This document shows positions 22,895-33,321 of a stretch of DNA of 60,416 nt, piece after piece. The position numbers and the translations under genes were made by a program. The DNA lies in contig CAZSIH010000001.1 in the NCBI GenBank assembly GCA_964606925.1, forward strand, positions 1 through 60,416, written 5' to 3'. Each line of letters opens with the position of its first letter. Positions within the stretch are counted from its first letter, which is position 1. The notes beneath the pieces were generated by a model. That model was not told the origin of the DNA and did not search any database. It saw nothing but the letters and a program-made list of their open reading frames with translations. This DNA comes from an uncultured bacterium. Its GTDB lineage: Bacteria > Fidelibacterota > Marinisomatia > Marinisomatales > AB-629-J13.

Positions 22895-24169
22895 TCAAGG
22901 GTTTTTATATATGGCAGTATATAAAACAGACTTTGCCTGACCAAGCCAGCCCTGAAACCAAACCCCCTTTTTATGATTTAGAGCCAGGGCTTCAACCTCA
23001 GGCCAATGAACGAACAAGTTTGGTTTTCCACCCGGGCGGATACCAGACATCCAAATCAGGTGATAACCAACAGATGTTTTTAATGGCAAACTGCATTCAT
23101 CAAGAGAGGAAAGGTTCTTAATGGCATAGCTGAACTCGGGAATTGGAAAATTAGAAACATCTATCCAACCTAAATTTCCACCAATGTTTTTTGTGGACTT
23201 ATCATCAGAATATTTGTTAGCAAAATACTTAAATGTATCGAGATTTGTTATGGAATCTTTAAGTGTTAAGGCAAAATCGTAAGCCCTCGTCTCATCTGAT
23301 TCAGTTATTTTTGGTTTTATGAGGATGTGTCTAATTCTCGCTTTCTCTCCTTGCTTGTCCATAGTTTCTATGAGGTGATATCCGAATTTTGTTAGGATAG
23401 GATTGCTGACTACCCCAACCTCTTGAGTAAAAGCAATCGATTCAAACTCAGTAACAAGAGCTCCCCTTTGTACATAACCCAAATCTCCCCCCACGGGTGC
23501 ACTTCCATGGTCTTCCGAGTGGGCAATTGCCAGGGAATGGAAAGATTCCCCCGATGTAATTCTATAACGAAGATCATTTATCGCTGACAACGCATCAGAC
23601 TTTTTTGTGTCACCCGGCTTAACAGCTAATTGAATATGGTTGACACGATAGAGGGCGGGTAGAAAACCAAGACTGTCTTTATAATCTTCATAAAAACGAA
23701 TAACCTCGCCCCTGCTTATATTGATTTTACTAAGCAGAGAAAACTGATATTGTTCTGTAATTAAGCGATCCTGCATGTCTGTCCAAAAGTCTCTCCGAAA
23801 CGATTTAATGGATTGACCTAAGTATTCTTCAGCTAAACTGACATTCCCCGCTTGAGAAATTATAGTTTCAATCTGCCTGTCCAAAGCATCATCAACCTCC
23901 TTATCTTTTACTTCTACAGAATCTAGTATTGCCATTTCAAGAATAACCTGCCGATCTATTAGGAGACCAAGGGCTTGGTCCTGTAACAATGAAAAGAGAT
24001 CAGGATTTTTGTTTAAATCTATCTTTTGTTGAAGCGCTGTCATTGAAACCATCTGCGAAACATCGCTTTTTAAAATTAAAGTATTTCCGACAAGAGCAGA
24101 AACACCCTCCAACACGATGTTTTGTGCAGAAAGAAAAATAAAAAATAAAAGTAGCAAAAAGAATTTCAT
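22895..24169 (-). CDS. surA: Periplasmic chaperone / peptidyl-prolyl isomerase SurA-like (two parvulin domains)
   Basis: Signal peptide MKFFLLLLFFIFLSAQN and a SurA-N-like region. Two PpiC-type segments end in GYHLIETM and VGYHLIWM. Confidence 0.75.
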   Translation of the reverse strand: MKFFLLLLFFIFLSAQNIVLEGVSALVGNTLILKSDVSQMVSMTALQQKIDLNKNPDLFSLLQDQALGLLIDRQVILEMAILDSVEVKDKEVDDALDRQIETIISQAGNVSLAEEYLGQSIKSFRRDFWTDMQDRLITEQYQFSLLSKINISRGEVIRFYEDYKDSLGFLPALYRVNHIQLAVKPGDTKKSDALSAINDLRYRITSGESFHSLAIAHSEDHGSAPVGGDLGYVQRGALVTEFESIAFTQEVGVVSNPILTKFGYHLIETMDKQGEKARIRHILIKPKITESDETRAYDFALTLKDSITNLDTFKYFANKYSDDKSTKNIGGNLGWIDVSNFPIPEFSYAIKNLSSLDECSLPLKTSVGYHLIWMSGIRPGGKPNLFVHWPEVEALALNHKKGVWFQGWLGQAKSVLYTAIYKNP

Positions 24170-24996
24170 TGTTTAATTAAACTTCTAATTATTTGGCTAT
24201 CAATTTTAACTATATATTCAAACCAAAGGCTGTCAACAACAATTCTGCGCCTCATCGCCTTGGCTTTATTTTTAAGTCTTTGATAAATTTCGTCATAAAC
24301 GAGATCTATTCCTATATAAGAGCCGACCGAAAACACCTTCTCAATTTTTATAACATAATAATTGTTATCAAATGAATAAGGACCCAAAAGGTTTCCTTTT
24401 TTGAAATTATTTTTATTAAAAACATCATCATTAAATTTACCGGGGAAATCTCCAAACCGAAAAACCCTTCTAATACCATTATATTTTAAAAGAACATCCG
24501 TGTTTTTTTTCTTAAAGTCTTTTTTTAACTCCCTTTTTATTTTTAAGGCTGCGGAAAGAACCGGTACAGAAAAATAAGAGACCAAAACTTCTTTTTGCTT
24601 TCTTTTATACACACCCCTGTTGTTTGCGTAGTATGTTCTAATATCGTTGTCTTCGACGAGAATCGTCTTTTCATTTAGAGATAAAAAACCTATTCCTATA
24701 AGGTCTTTTTTGTAATCTGATATTTTCTGAACAACGGACAGATCAAGGCCTATTCCCCGAGACACACCACCCAAATACAACAACTCCCTTTCCACCCAGT
24801 TTGACAAAAAACGATAGACAAAGACACTATCCTTTGTTTGTTCACCAAAGCGATTCTGAACGTTTTCCACAGTAATTGAATTACTTCCAACTGAAGCAAG
24901 GAGAGAGGGTCCAACGTCCTGTTCTTTTGTAGAACAACCCAATCCATAAAAAAACAAAACAAGTATAAATAAATAACGAGATAGATATATTTGCAT
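24166..24996 (-). CDS. Lipoprotein with degenerate parvulin/SurA-like features
   Basis: Lipobox FFYGLGCS. C-terminal GNLLGPYSFDNNYYVIKIEKV resembles a parvulin G..GYH.IK segment. Overlaps surA by 4 nt. Confidence 0.45.
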   Translation of the reverse strand: MQIYLSRYLFILVLFFYGLGCSTKEQDVGPSLLASVGSNSITVENVQNRFGEQTKDSVFVYRFLSNWVERELLYLGGVSRGIGLDLSVVQKISDYKKDLIGIGFLSLNEKTILVEDNDIRTYYANNRGVYKRKQKEVLVSYFSVPVLSAALKIKRELKKDFKKKNTDVLLKYNGIRRVFRFGDFPGKFNDDVFNKNNFKKGNLLGPYSFDNNYYVIKIEKVFSVGSYIGIDLVYDEIYQRLKNKAKAMRRRIVVDSLWFEYIVKIDSQIIRSLIKQ

Positions 24997-25004
24997 ATCA
25001 GAAA

Positions 25005-28000
25005 TTAACGCATTTCCTTTTTTAAAAACAGGATTTCCAAAAACACATAGATTTTTTTTATATATGAAGTAGTCACCACCAAACCACCGATAGTAACCAA
25101 CACAGTTTTATTCTTTTTGTTTTTTAATGTGATGTTTTTAATTGTAATTCTAAAAACAGTCGAAACCGCAGAAAAGAAATCACCCACCCCCTTGTAAGGC
25201 GAAAAAGCCCAAAGTGTGAGCTCAACACTCTTTTTGCGAATGAACACTTTTTTCACAGAAGTGTTTGACAATAAAACCCTCAACATTGCTATATCTAAAA
25301 GAAGGGAAGCTTTATTTGGCACGGGTCCAAACCTGTCTATAATTTCTTCTTTAATATCGCATATTTTTTCCAAAGACTCTGCCAACGAAAGTGACTGATA
25401 AAAATAAAGGCGGTCTTCTGTGAGAGGAACAAAATCTTCGGGTAGCCCAGAAGAAAACTCAGAGGTGATTATTGGGAAAAAACGCTTTTTTTTGACACCA
25501 CGTTCTTCATCAAGAACTTCCTTGAGAATTTTATTATACATATGAAACCCTACGCTGGATATAACCCCACTCTGTTTTGTACCAAAAACATCGCCAGCAC
25601 CCCTTATATTCATATCTTTTAAAGCAATTTTATATCCCGAGCCAAGTCGTGTATTTTGTTCCATGGTTTTTAGTCTTTGAAAGGCATTTGATTCAAGACG
25701 TTTTCCTTCGGGAATGAACATATAACAAAACGCCTGGCGAGAACCCCGCCCCACCCTCCCCCTTAATTGATACAACTGAGAAAGTCCAAACCGGTGCGCA
25801 TTGTTTATGATGACGGTGTTTGCGTTTGACACATCCAATCCCGAGCCAACGATGGTTGTGCAGCACAAAACATCAATCTCGTTTTTAAAAAAACCTATCA
25901 TTATAGACTCAAGTGTCTTGTTTTTCATTTTCCCATGAGCCATTTGTATTATTTGTTCAGGAAACTGTTTTCGTATTTTTTTTGTTAAAAAAGAAAGATC
26001 ACCAATATTATTATGAATAAAATAAACCTGACCACCACGAACAGTTTCTTGTTTTATAATTTTTATGATGCTTTTCCAATTAAGATAATCCACAAACGTT
26101 TTAACAGGCCTTCTTGCCTTAGGAGGTGTGTTAATAATGCTTATGTTTTTTAATCCAACAAGAGATTGCTTCAGGGTTCTAGGAATTGGCGTTGCAGTAA
26201 GAGTCAACACATCAACCTGAGACTTCAGTGATTTAATTTTTTCTTTATGTTTTACACCAAAAAGGTGTTCTTCATCAATAACTACCAGACCCAAGCGACA
26301 AGTTTCAACATCTCCTGAAATGAGACGATGGGTACCAATAAGAACATCAACATTGCCACAAGCGACAGATTCAACGATTTTTTTTTGTTCAGACACCGTT
26401 CTAAAGCGAGACAAAAGCTCTACATGAATACCTAGAGGAGAAAAACGCTTTTCAAAACTGAAATAATGTTGGCCAGCCAAGACAGTAGTCGGGGCCAAAA
26501 CAAAGACAATCTTACCGCTTTCAACTGCTTTTATAGATGCCCTGATTGCAATTTCAGTTTTTCCAAACCCCACATCACCGCAAACCAGCCTATCCAAAGG
26601 AATGGGCTTTTCCATATCAGAAACAACATCCCGAAGTGCTGATATTTGTCCTTCTGTTTCTTGGAACGGAAAAGATTCACACACTGCCCTATAAAAATCC
26701 CCCTCTTTTTCATATAAAAACCCCCGAGATGCCTGCCTTAATGCGTGGGTTTTAAGTAATTTTATAGCGATGTTTTTTGCATGTATTTTTACCATTGCCT
26801 TTCTTCGCCCCCACGTTTTCTTCCTTAGGGAAGAAAGTTTTTCAGATCCACCCGGCACACCCACCAACCTATGTATTTTATTAAAACTGTAAACAGGAAC
26901 ATAAACAAACCCTCCATCCGCATATTTAAGCTTGACACACTCGTTCCCCCCAGCTTTCTCGAGCCCCCGGTAAGCCCCAACCCCAAAATCTTCATGTACA
27001 AGCGGCTCTCCCCACTCAAGGTCTGAAATATCTAAAATTTCGTTTTGTTTTTCGTTCAGATCATCCTCAACAAGCCAACGGGATTTAATGTGAATACGAG
27101 ACACGGGAAGCTCTTTTGCCCCAAAAACAATTAAGCCAGAACCCTTTAAACAGAATCCCCTTTCTAATGAGGCCAAAACACAGCACACAGTTTGTTTTTC
27201 TGGTAAATATGATGGAATACGAAAAGATTTTAGATTTTCAGTAAAGACAACGCACTTAGGTTTCCCACTTTCACGAAACATATTATTTACAACATTTTTT
27301 GATATATTATCTGACTTTAAATTAGACACAACACGACCAGAGCCGTTAAACTGTATTTGGAATCGACCCGCATCAAAAGACTTGACATTATATACCTTGA
27401 TAGAATTATCTGAAGAAATAAAAGATATAAGAGACTCACCTCTTTTTTGAATTTCAAGAAAACGCGGGAGAACCACAATCTGATCCAACTTTTTAATTGT
27501 TCTCTGAGAGTAAGGGCTGAACAGGCGTATGGATTCAACAACCTCACCAAAAAACTCTATACGAACAGGGTTTTTTGAATGAATAAGAAAAACATCTATT
27601 ATTCCACCCCTTATTGTATAATATAGGGGGTTCAGCACTCTTTCCGTATGGCGATACCCCCATTTATTCAAAAAACTGACAACAACACCCATTTTTATTT
27701 TTTTCTTTATATTAATGAACAATTCTTCTTCTTTAATTTTTATAGAAGGGGCACTATATTGTTTTAAGGATTCAGGTGTTGTAAAAAGTAAGCCTCGCCT
27801 TCCCCCTAAAGATAAAACAGAAAAAGATTCTTCTAGATATCGCTGCCGTTCGGAGATGAAGCCAGGAACCTCTCCACCCGGAATCTCTTTCCCGGGCAAA
27901 AAAAAAGAAAAATCAGGGCACAAACCATAACATACGGTGTAAAGTTTTTCGGCAGTGTTTTCGTCAGCACATTTTATTATAAAAAAACCACAAGAATTTA

Positions 28001-28139
28001 TAGACTTAGAAAGGAGGGTTATTGCGACAGCCTCAATAGAAAGAGGTCCGGCATTTTTTAATTGTTTGGTTAAAATGTTTTTTTCATACCACCGAAAAAA
28101 CAGGTTCAGCTTCCAGTCTTTGGTTTCACGTGAAACCAT
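25005..28139 (-). CDS. mfd: Transcription-repair coupling factor
   Basis: 1044 aa. RNAP-interaction/CarD-like region, SF2 helicase motifs GDVGFGKTEIAIRA and DEEHLFGV, and a TRCF C-terminal domain. Confidence 0.9.
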   Translation of the reverse strand: MVSRETKDWKLNLFFRWYEKNILTKQLKNAGPLSIEAVAITLLSKSINSCGFFIIKCADENTAEKLYTVCYGLCPDFSFFLPGKEIPGGEVPGFISERQRYLEESFSVLSLGGRRGLLFTTPESLKQYSAPSIKIKEEELFINIKKKIKMGVVVSFLNKWGYRHTERVLNPLYYTIRGGIIDVFLIHSKNPVRIEFFGEVVESIRLFSPYSQRTIKKLDQIVVLPRFLEIQKRGESLISFISSDNSIKVYNVKSFDAGRFQIQFNGSGRVVSNLKSDNISKNVVNNMFRESGKPKCVVFTENLKSFRIPSYLPEKQTVCCVLASLERGFCLKGSGLIVFGAKELPVSRIHIKSRWLVEDDLNEKQNEILDISDLEWGEPLVHEDFGVGAYRGLEKAGGNECVKLKYADGGFVYVPVYSFNKIHRLVGVPGGSEKLSSLRKKTWGRRKAMVKIHAKNIAIKLLKTHALRQASRGFLYEKEGDFYRAVCESFPFQETEGQISALRDVVSDMEKPIPLDRLVCGDVGFGKTEIAIRASIKAVESGKIVFVLAPTTVLAGQHYFSFEKRFSPLGIHVELLSRFRTVSEQKKIVESVACGNVDVLIGTHRLISGDVETCRLGLVVIDEEHLFGVKHKEKIKSLKSQVDVLTLTATPIPRTLKQSLVGLKNISIINTPPKARRPVKTFVDYLNWKSIIKIIKQETVRGGQVYFIHNNIGDLSFLTKKIRKQFPEQIIQMAHGKMKNKTLESIMIGFFKNEIDVLCCTTIVGSGLDVSNANTVIINNAHRFGLSQLYQLRGRVGRGSRQAFCYMFIPEGKRLESNAFQRLKTMEQNTRLGSGYKIALKDMNIRGAGDVFGTKQSGVISSVGFHMYNKILKEVLDEERGVKKKRFFPIITSEFSSGLPEDFVPLTEDRLYFYQSLSLAESLEKICDIKEEIIDRFGPVPNKASLLLDIAMLRVLLSNTSVKKVFIRKKSVELTLWAFSPYKGVGDFFSAVSTVFRITIKNITLKNKKNKTVLVTIGGLVVTTSYIKKIYVFLEILFLKKEMR
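28122..28137. other. parS: parS-type centromere site (ParB/Spo0J-binding palindrome) GGTTTCACGTGAAACC
   Basis: Perfect 16-bp palindrome. The central 14 bp are identical to the core of the canonical parS tGTTtCACGTGAAACa. It overlies mfd codons 1-6. Confidence 0.8.
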
Positions 28140-28142
28140 ATG

Positions 28143-30023
28143 TTATTTATGAAGATAAACAGAGAGAACCGAAACATCAGACGGCGTGACACCGGAAATT
28201 CTCATGGCCTGCCCGACGGTTTCTGGTTTAACAAGAACGAGCTTTTCCCTTGCTTCCGAAGAAAGCCCCAAAATCTTTTCATAGTTAAAACCAAAGGGTA
28301 TTTTTTTTCTATTCACAGAAGAAAGACCCGCTATTTGGTCTAACTGTCTTTTAATGTACCCTTCATATTTGATAATAGTTTCAGCTTCCAAGAGAGCTTC
28401 CTCCCTTAGTGGTCCCGAAAGGGAAGGAGAAAAAAGATTGTCTTTAAAAAAAAGACTAAAGAAATCCCCGATAGAAATGTTTGGTCTTTTTAAAATTTTT
28501 TTCAGAGGTGTTTTTTGGTTTACCAGACTACCTCCTCTTTTTTTCAAAACAGAATTGATAATTTCAGCCTCAAACGAAACAAGAGTGGAGCTAACAATTT
28601 TATCTGTAAAAGCAATTTTGTTTTGTAGGCACTGAATTTCATTAAGTGATAACAGGCCATGCCGGATGGAGTGTTCTATGAGCCTCCTTTCGGCATTAGA
28701 ATATCTAAGAAGCAAACGATATTCTGCCCTTGAGGTAAACATTCGATAGGGCTCTAAGGTATCTTTTGTAACAAGGTCATCAAGCATCACACCAAGGTAT
28801 GAATCCTCCCGGGACAAAAGCAGAGGGTCCTTTTCTAAAACACGCATTGCGGCATTTATTCCTGCGATGAGCCCCTGTCCTGCTGCCTCTTCGTAACCAG
28901 AGGTTCCGTTTATTTGTCCAGCCAAAAAAAGACCCGAAACCGTTTTGGTCTCAAGTGTTGTTTTAAGTTGTGACGGAGGAAAAAAATCATATTCGATAGC
29001 GTAGCCAGGACGCAAAAACTCAACACCCCCCAGCCCAGGTACTGTTTTTAGGGAAGCTATTTGCACAGACTCAGGGAGGCTTGTAGAAAACCCGTTTAGA
29101 TATATTTGATCAGAATTAAACCACTCAGGTTCAAGGTATAGAAAATGTCCGTCCCGCTTAGGAAAACGGTAAATTTTATCTTCAATTGAAGGACAATACC
29201 TAGGACCCTTTCCGCCAATATCTCCAGAAAACATTGGAGAACGAGAAAGATTTCTCCTTATAATTTCATGACACCGAACAGTTGTTTTGGTGAGGTAACA
29301 CGGGACGTTAGGAGGAGAAAACGGTGAGGTAAAATGCGAAAAGGGGGAAGGGTGTTTGTCTCCTCCGGAAACAGAACACTTTGAAAGATTAATTGAGGCT
29401 GTTTTTATACGAGGCGGAGTTCCTGTTTTTAATCTGGAAAACGAAAAACCAAGGGACGACAAGGCTTCTGTTATTCCCTGACTATGGTTTTCTCCCATTC
29501 TCCCTGCGCTTATTTTTTGGTCACCAACATGAATAAGGCCGTTGAGAAAAGTTCCACAGGTTATGATAAGAGTTTTGCAAAACAGCTTTTCACCAGTCAA
29601 CAAAGAAACACCAGAAACACCACCACCAGCAATAAGGATGTTCACTGCCTCCCCACGAAATATCTTTATTTTATTACACTGAGAAACCAACCTTAAAACT
29701 TCTTTTTCATATTTTCGCTTATCAACCTGTGCCCTTGGGGACCAGACAGCACGACCCTTAGATTTATTTAGCATTTTATATTGAAGAGCCGAAAAATCAG
29801 CAACCCTTCCCATAACCCCACCAAGAACATCTATTTCCCTAACGATTTGCCCCTTTGCCAGCCCACCAATTGATGGATTGCAAGACATTCGACCAATAGC
29901 TTGCGGGTCAAGAGTTACAAGAGAGACGTTCAACCCTAATTTGGCACAAACAAGAGAAGCTTCTATCCCAGCATGCCCCCCGCCAACGACAACAGTATCA
30001 TAATTAAACCCGGATAGTTTCAC
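28143..30023 (-). CDS. mnmG: tRNA uridine 5-carboxymethylaminomethyl modification enzyme MnmG (GidA)
   Basis: [18 protein letters not shown] motif. 626 aa. GTG start lies inside the second parS palindrome. Confidence 0.95.
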   Translation of the reverse strand: MKLSGFNYDTVVVGGGHAGIEASLVCAKLGLNVSLVTLDPQAIGRMSCNPSIGGLAKGQIVREIDVLGGVMGRVADFSALQYKMLNKSKGRAVWSPRAQVDKRKYEKEVLRLVSQCNKIKIFRGEAVNILIAGGGVSGVSLLTGEKLFCKTLIITCGTFLNGLIHVGDQKISAGRMGENHSQGITEALSSLGFSFSRLKTGTPPRIKTASINLSKCSVSGGDKHPSPFSHFTSPFSPPNVPCYLTKTTVRCHEIIRRNLSRSPMFSGDIGGKGPRYCPSIEDKIYRFPKRDGHFLYLEPEWFNSDQIYLNGFSTSLPESVQIASLKTVPGLGGVEFLRPGYAIEYDFFPPSQLKTTLETKTVSGLFLAGQINGTSGYEEAAGQGLIAGINAAMRVLEKDPLLLSREDSYLGVMLDDLVTKDTLEPYRMFTSRAEYRLLLRYSNAERRLIEHSIRHGLLSLNEIQCLQNKIAFTDKIVSSTLVSFEAEIINSVLKKRGGSLVNQKTPLKKILKRPNISIGDFFSLFFKDNLFSPSLSGPLREEALLEAETIIKYEGYIKRQLDQIAGLSSVNRKKIPFGFNYEKILGLSSEAREKLVLVKPETVGQAMRISGVTPSDVSVLSVYLHK

Positions 30024-30031
30024 GTGAAACT
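30016..30031. other. parS: parS-type centromere site AGTTTCACGTGAAACT
   Basis: Perfect 16-bp palindrome with the same 14-bp core as 28122-28137. It spans the mnmE TAG stop and the mnmG GTG start. Confidence 0.8.
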
Positions 30032-31397
30032 ATTTTCCAACACAAAAACTACTAAACACACCATCGAGAATATCATCAGTAACTGTTTTACCAAGAATAG
30101 AGTCTAACTGACCCAGCGCATCACGTAACTCAAACGCCACAAGCTCAAGGGGAACAGTGGGAGAGCTGGAAATGAGGTTCAGAGCGCTTTGAGTGTGTTT
30201 AAGTATTTTTTTAAAAATTAAATTTTGTCGGCTTGTAACTACAGATACAGAAGTGCTAAGAGAGGGGGAAATGCCGACATGCTCTCTGATTTTTTCTAAC
30301 AGTGCTTTTGTTCCAAAAGAAGTTTTTGCTGATATAATACAGGCATCAGGAAACCGTTTTTTTAATTTATCCACCTCCCGCTTGTTGCAAAGGTCAGCCT
30401 TATTAATAACATGGATGAAGCGCATGTCTGACAGATTAAAACCCCCAACACTTTGTTCTTCCTTTGCTGAAGACAAAACAACCACACAGTCAGCGGCTGA
30501 CATTTTCTCTTCTGCACGAGACACGCCCTCTTTTTCAATTTCATTATCTGACGACCGAATCCCCGCAGTATCTGACAGGGTAACGGGAACACCTCCAATT
30601 AAAATTGTAGATTCAACCACATCTCTTGTTGTTCCGGGGTGAGGACCCGTGATTGCCCTGTTTAACCCGGAAAGACAATTTAATAGAGTTGATTTTCCTA
30701 CATTAGGGAGACCACAAATAACAACATTTGCACCTTCGTTTAACATTCGGAAATAATTATTGTTTTTTAAAACCCGCTTAATTGTGTCTATACAGTCAGC
30801 CAGGATTTCCTGCGAGTCATCTAAAAGTGTGGGCTGAAGACTGTCCTCACTCACATCAAGTTCAAATTCAATTTTAGAAAGAAGAGTTATTAAAGATTTT
30901 TTAATATTTTTCGCCAGCCTCGACAAATTACCGTGAAGCATTTTAAAATTTAACGATACGCTTTCATCAGTTTTAGAACGAATTATAGAAGCAACCGCCT
31001 CGGCTTGGATTAAGTCAATTTTTCCATTAAGAAAGGCACGCCTTGTAAACTCTCCCGGCTCTGCAACCCTTGCTCCTTTTATACAACAGACCGATATGAT
31101 TTTATTAACAATTGAAGGATTTCCATGACAAGAGATTTCAACAATATCTTCACCGGTATAAGAGCTAGGTTTCTGGAAAAAGGTTACAAGACTGTCTTCA
31201 AATGGGATACGATTCTCATCTATGAGTTTAACAAAAGAAACAGTTTTGTGTTTTAGGTACACTTTTTTTTTGTTCTTAGCAGGGATAGAAACGGACAGGA
31301 TAACATCTTTTGATATAGGTCCGCTCATTCTTACAACAGAAATACCACCAAAACCATGGGGAGTGGCGGTAGCCACGATCGTATCCGGAAGGATCAT
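30030..31397 (-). CDS. mnmE: tRNA modification GTPase MnmE (TrmE)
   Basis: G-domain motifs GLPNVGKSTLLN and DTAGIR. Diagnostic C-terminal FCVGK*. Confidence 0.95.
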   Translation of the reverse strand: MILPDTIVATATPHGFGGISVVRMSGPISKDVILSVSIPAKNKKKVYLKHKTVSFVKLIDENRIPFEDSLVTFFQKPSSYTGEDIVEISCHGNPSIVNKIISVCCIKGARVAEPGEFTRRAFLNGKIDLIQAEAVASIIRSKTDESVSLNFKMLHGNLSRLAKNIKKSLITLLSKIEFELDVSEDSLQPTLLDDSQEILADCIDTIKRVLKNNNYFRMLNEGANVVICGLPNVGKSTLLNCLSGLNRAITGPHPGTTRDVVESTILIGGVPVTLSDTAGIRSSDNEIEKEGVSRAEEKMSAADCVVVLSSAKEEQSVGGFNLSDMRFIHVINKADLCNKREVDKLKKRFPDACIISAKTSFGTKALLEKIREHVGISPSLSTSVSVVTSRQNLIFKKILKHTQSALNLISSSPTVPLELVAFELRDALGQLDSILGKTVTDDILDGVFSSFCVGK

Positions 31398-33070
31398 GTT
31401 TTTTGAATTAAGTTCTTTACAGGGGAAGCAGGGGTAAGATATTTTTGCTGTAGGATCGTCAGCACATTAAAAAGCGTATAATAAAGATTTAAACCGGACG
31501 GAAAACCGTTAAATAATAAGACAAAAAACCCTGTCATAAAATATGACATAAACTTTTGCTGTCCAGAAGCCTGGGTGGGCATCATTTTTTGTTGAATAAA
31601 CATAGTTACCCCCATTATTATTGGCAGAACAGCAACCCCATCTCCATATAGGGGGATAGAAAAAGGAAGCCTGAAAACGACATCTGGTGCAGAAAGGTCA
31701 GTAATCCAGCCGGTAAAATATGCTCCCCGCAGTTCAATAGTGGAACGAAAAACCTGAAAAAGGGATATGAGCAAAGGCATTTGAATTAAAATTGGAAGAC
31801 AGCCTCCAAGGGGGTTTACCCCGTGTTCTTTATACAATCCCATTGTTGCTTGATTTAATTTTTGTGGATTATTTTTGTGTTTCTCTTTTAACTTGGCAAT
31901 TTCGGGTTGAAGGGCTTGCATTTCTTTAGAAGATTGGTGGCTTTTTTTGGTTAAAGGAAACACCACAATTTTTACGAGAACCGAGAATAAAATTAATACA
32001 AAGCCATAATTTGGTATCCACTCATGAATAGATTTTAACAGCCACAAAACACCCTTGCTTATAGGTCGTATTAACGAAAAGCCAAAATTCATAATGCTGG
32101 GAATACCCTCATTTACCTTTTTAACAGTGTCATATTCCAGAGGACCAAGATACAATGATGTAGATGATGTTTTGTCCTTATTTAATCCTACCGCAAAGCT
32201 GTATTGAGGAACCGAGACGGATCCCGCCATTATTTCTTCGTGCCCAGCCCAACAAAGGTTGCTTCCATGTTCTGGCAAAAGAATGGAAACAAAATATTTA
32301 GAACGGATAGCGACCCAGTCAGTTTTTCCACGAACAACCTCAAGTCCAACCCCCTGTCCATTTTTTAGGTTTGGAGCTACCTTTTTAAATTCATAGGAAT
32401 CACCGGCCTGATATACATAACCATTGAAATATGTGATTTCATCTTTAATGTTTGTTTCAGTTGGGGGAATTCCTCCATCCCACCCCAACAAATAAAAATC
32501 TCCGGAAATTTGATCTGATATTCTTGATAGATTTGTGGTGATTTCAATTATATAGGAGTTAGGGTCAATAACTAATATTTTTTCGATGAGTTTCTCATTA
32601 TAATTATAAGAAAACTCCAATGAGTAGGAAGCATTAAAAACCTCAACATACCCGCTATTATCATTTACAAACCAAGGCCCTTCTATTGAAAGACTTTCAC
32701 CATTAATGTTGACAAAGGACAAAGAGAGGTTATTGAGATTCTGATCAGAAATTAAATCAACAGAAGCGGAGTCCTCCCCCAAATAGTTTTTGAGTTTATA
32801 GCTTTTTATTGACCCACCGTTTCTTGTTGAAATTATAGCGGTATATAATGGAGTATCTATTGAAATATCTTTTTCCTCATATTTAGAACTTTTTTGGGGA
32901 ACAGGGGTACTGTGTTCTAACGAAGTTGGGCCCTCTAATGTGTTTAAACTTTTTTCTACATTCCCCTTTTCTGTTTTGGTTATAGGAGGTGAAATAAGCT
33001 GAAAATAATATGGAGTTAAGATTAACACCACAGCGATCAAAAAAAGAGCAAAAAGAGAACGTCTATCCAT
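31394..33070 (-). CDS. yidC: Membrane protein insertase YidC
   Basis: Large periplasmic domain plus a C-terminal 5-TM 60-kDa-IMP core (..GCLPILIQMPLLISLF..). I prefer the ATG at 33070 (MDRRSLFALFLIAVV), 2 nt after the yidD stop. The ORF-track start at 33112 would overlap yidD by 40 nt. Confidence 0.9.
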   Translation of the reverse strand: MDRRSLFALFLIAVVLILTPYYFQLISPPITKTEKGNVEKSLNTLEGPTSLEHSTPVPQKSSKYEEKDISIDTPLYTAIISTRNGGSIKSYKLKNYLGEDSASVDLISDQNLNNLSLSFVNINGESLSIEGPWFVNDNSGYVEVFNASYSLEFSYNYNEKLIEKILVIDPNSYIIEITTNLSRISDQISGDFYLLGWDGGIPPTETNIKDEITYFNGYVYQAGDSYEFKKVAPNLKNGQGVGLEVVRGKTDWVAIRSKYFVSILLPEHGSNLCWAGHEEIMAGSVSVPQYSFAVGLNKDKTSSTSLYLGPLEYDTVKKVNEGIPSIMNFGFSLIRPISKGVLWLLKSIHEWIPNYGFVLILFSVLVKIVVFPLTKKSHQSSKEMQALQPEIAKLKEKHKNNPQKLNQATMGLYKEHGVNPLGGCLPILIQMPLLISLFQVFRSTIELRGAYFTGWITDLSAPDVVFRLPFSIPLYGDGVAVLPIIMGVTMFIQQKMMPTQASGQQKFMSYFMTGFFVLLFNGFPSGLNLYYTLFNVLTILQQKYLTPASPVKNLIQKT

Positions 33071-33072
33071 TT

Positions 33073-33318
33073 TTACAAAGGATCGAAACCCCCAGGATGA
33101 AAGGGATGACACTTAGACAGTCTTTTTGCAATACTAAAAAAAGCCCTGCACGAAGAATACTTTTCCGTAGACTGTAACGCATAATCAGAACAGGACGGGT
33201 AAAACCTGCACTGTGATCCTAAAAGTGGAGACAGAAACAGTTTATATAAATTAACGATTACTCTTAAAATAAACAAAACAACCCTGTCGGCAGTTCTGAA
33301 GACACCCTTAATAAACAC
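33073..33318 (-). CDS. yidD: Membrane protein insertion efficiency factor YidD
   Basis: LSPLLGSQCRFYPSCSDYA..RLSKCHPFHPGGFDP is the YidD signature. GTG start lies 3 nt after the rpmH stop. Confidence 0.85.
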   Translation of the reverse strand: MFIKGVFRTADRVVLFILRVIVNLYKLFLSPLLGSQCRFYPSCSDYALQSTEKYSSCRAFFSIAKRLSKCHPFHPGGFDPL

Positions 33319-33321
33319 TTT

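Noticed and set aside
27265-27280. parS-like sequence ACTTTCACGAAACATA inside mfd, and a GGTTTCAC half-site near 8275
   Set aside because: The first lacks 2 bp of the palindrome centre (TTTCAC--GAAA) and the second is a single half-site. Neither is likely to bind a ParB dimer.
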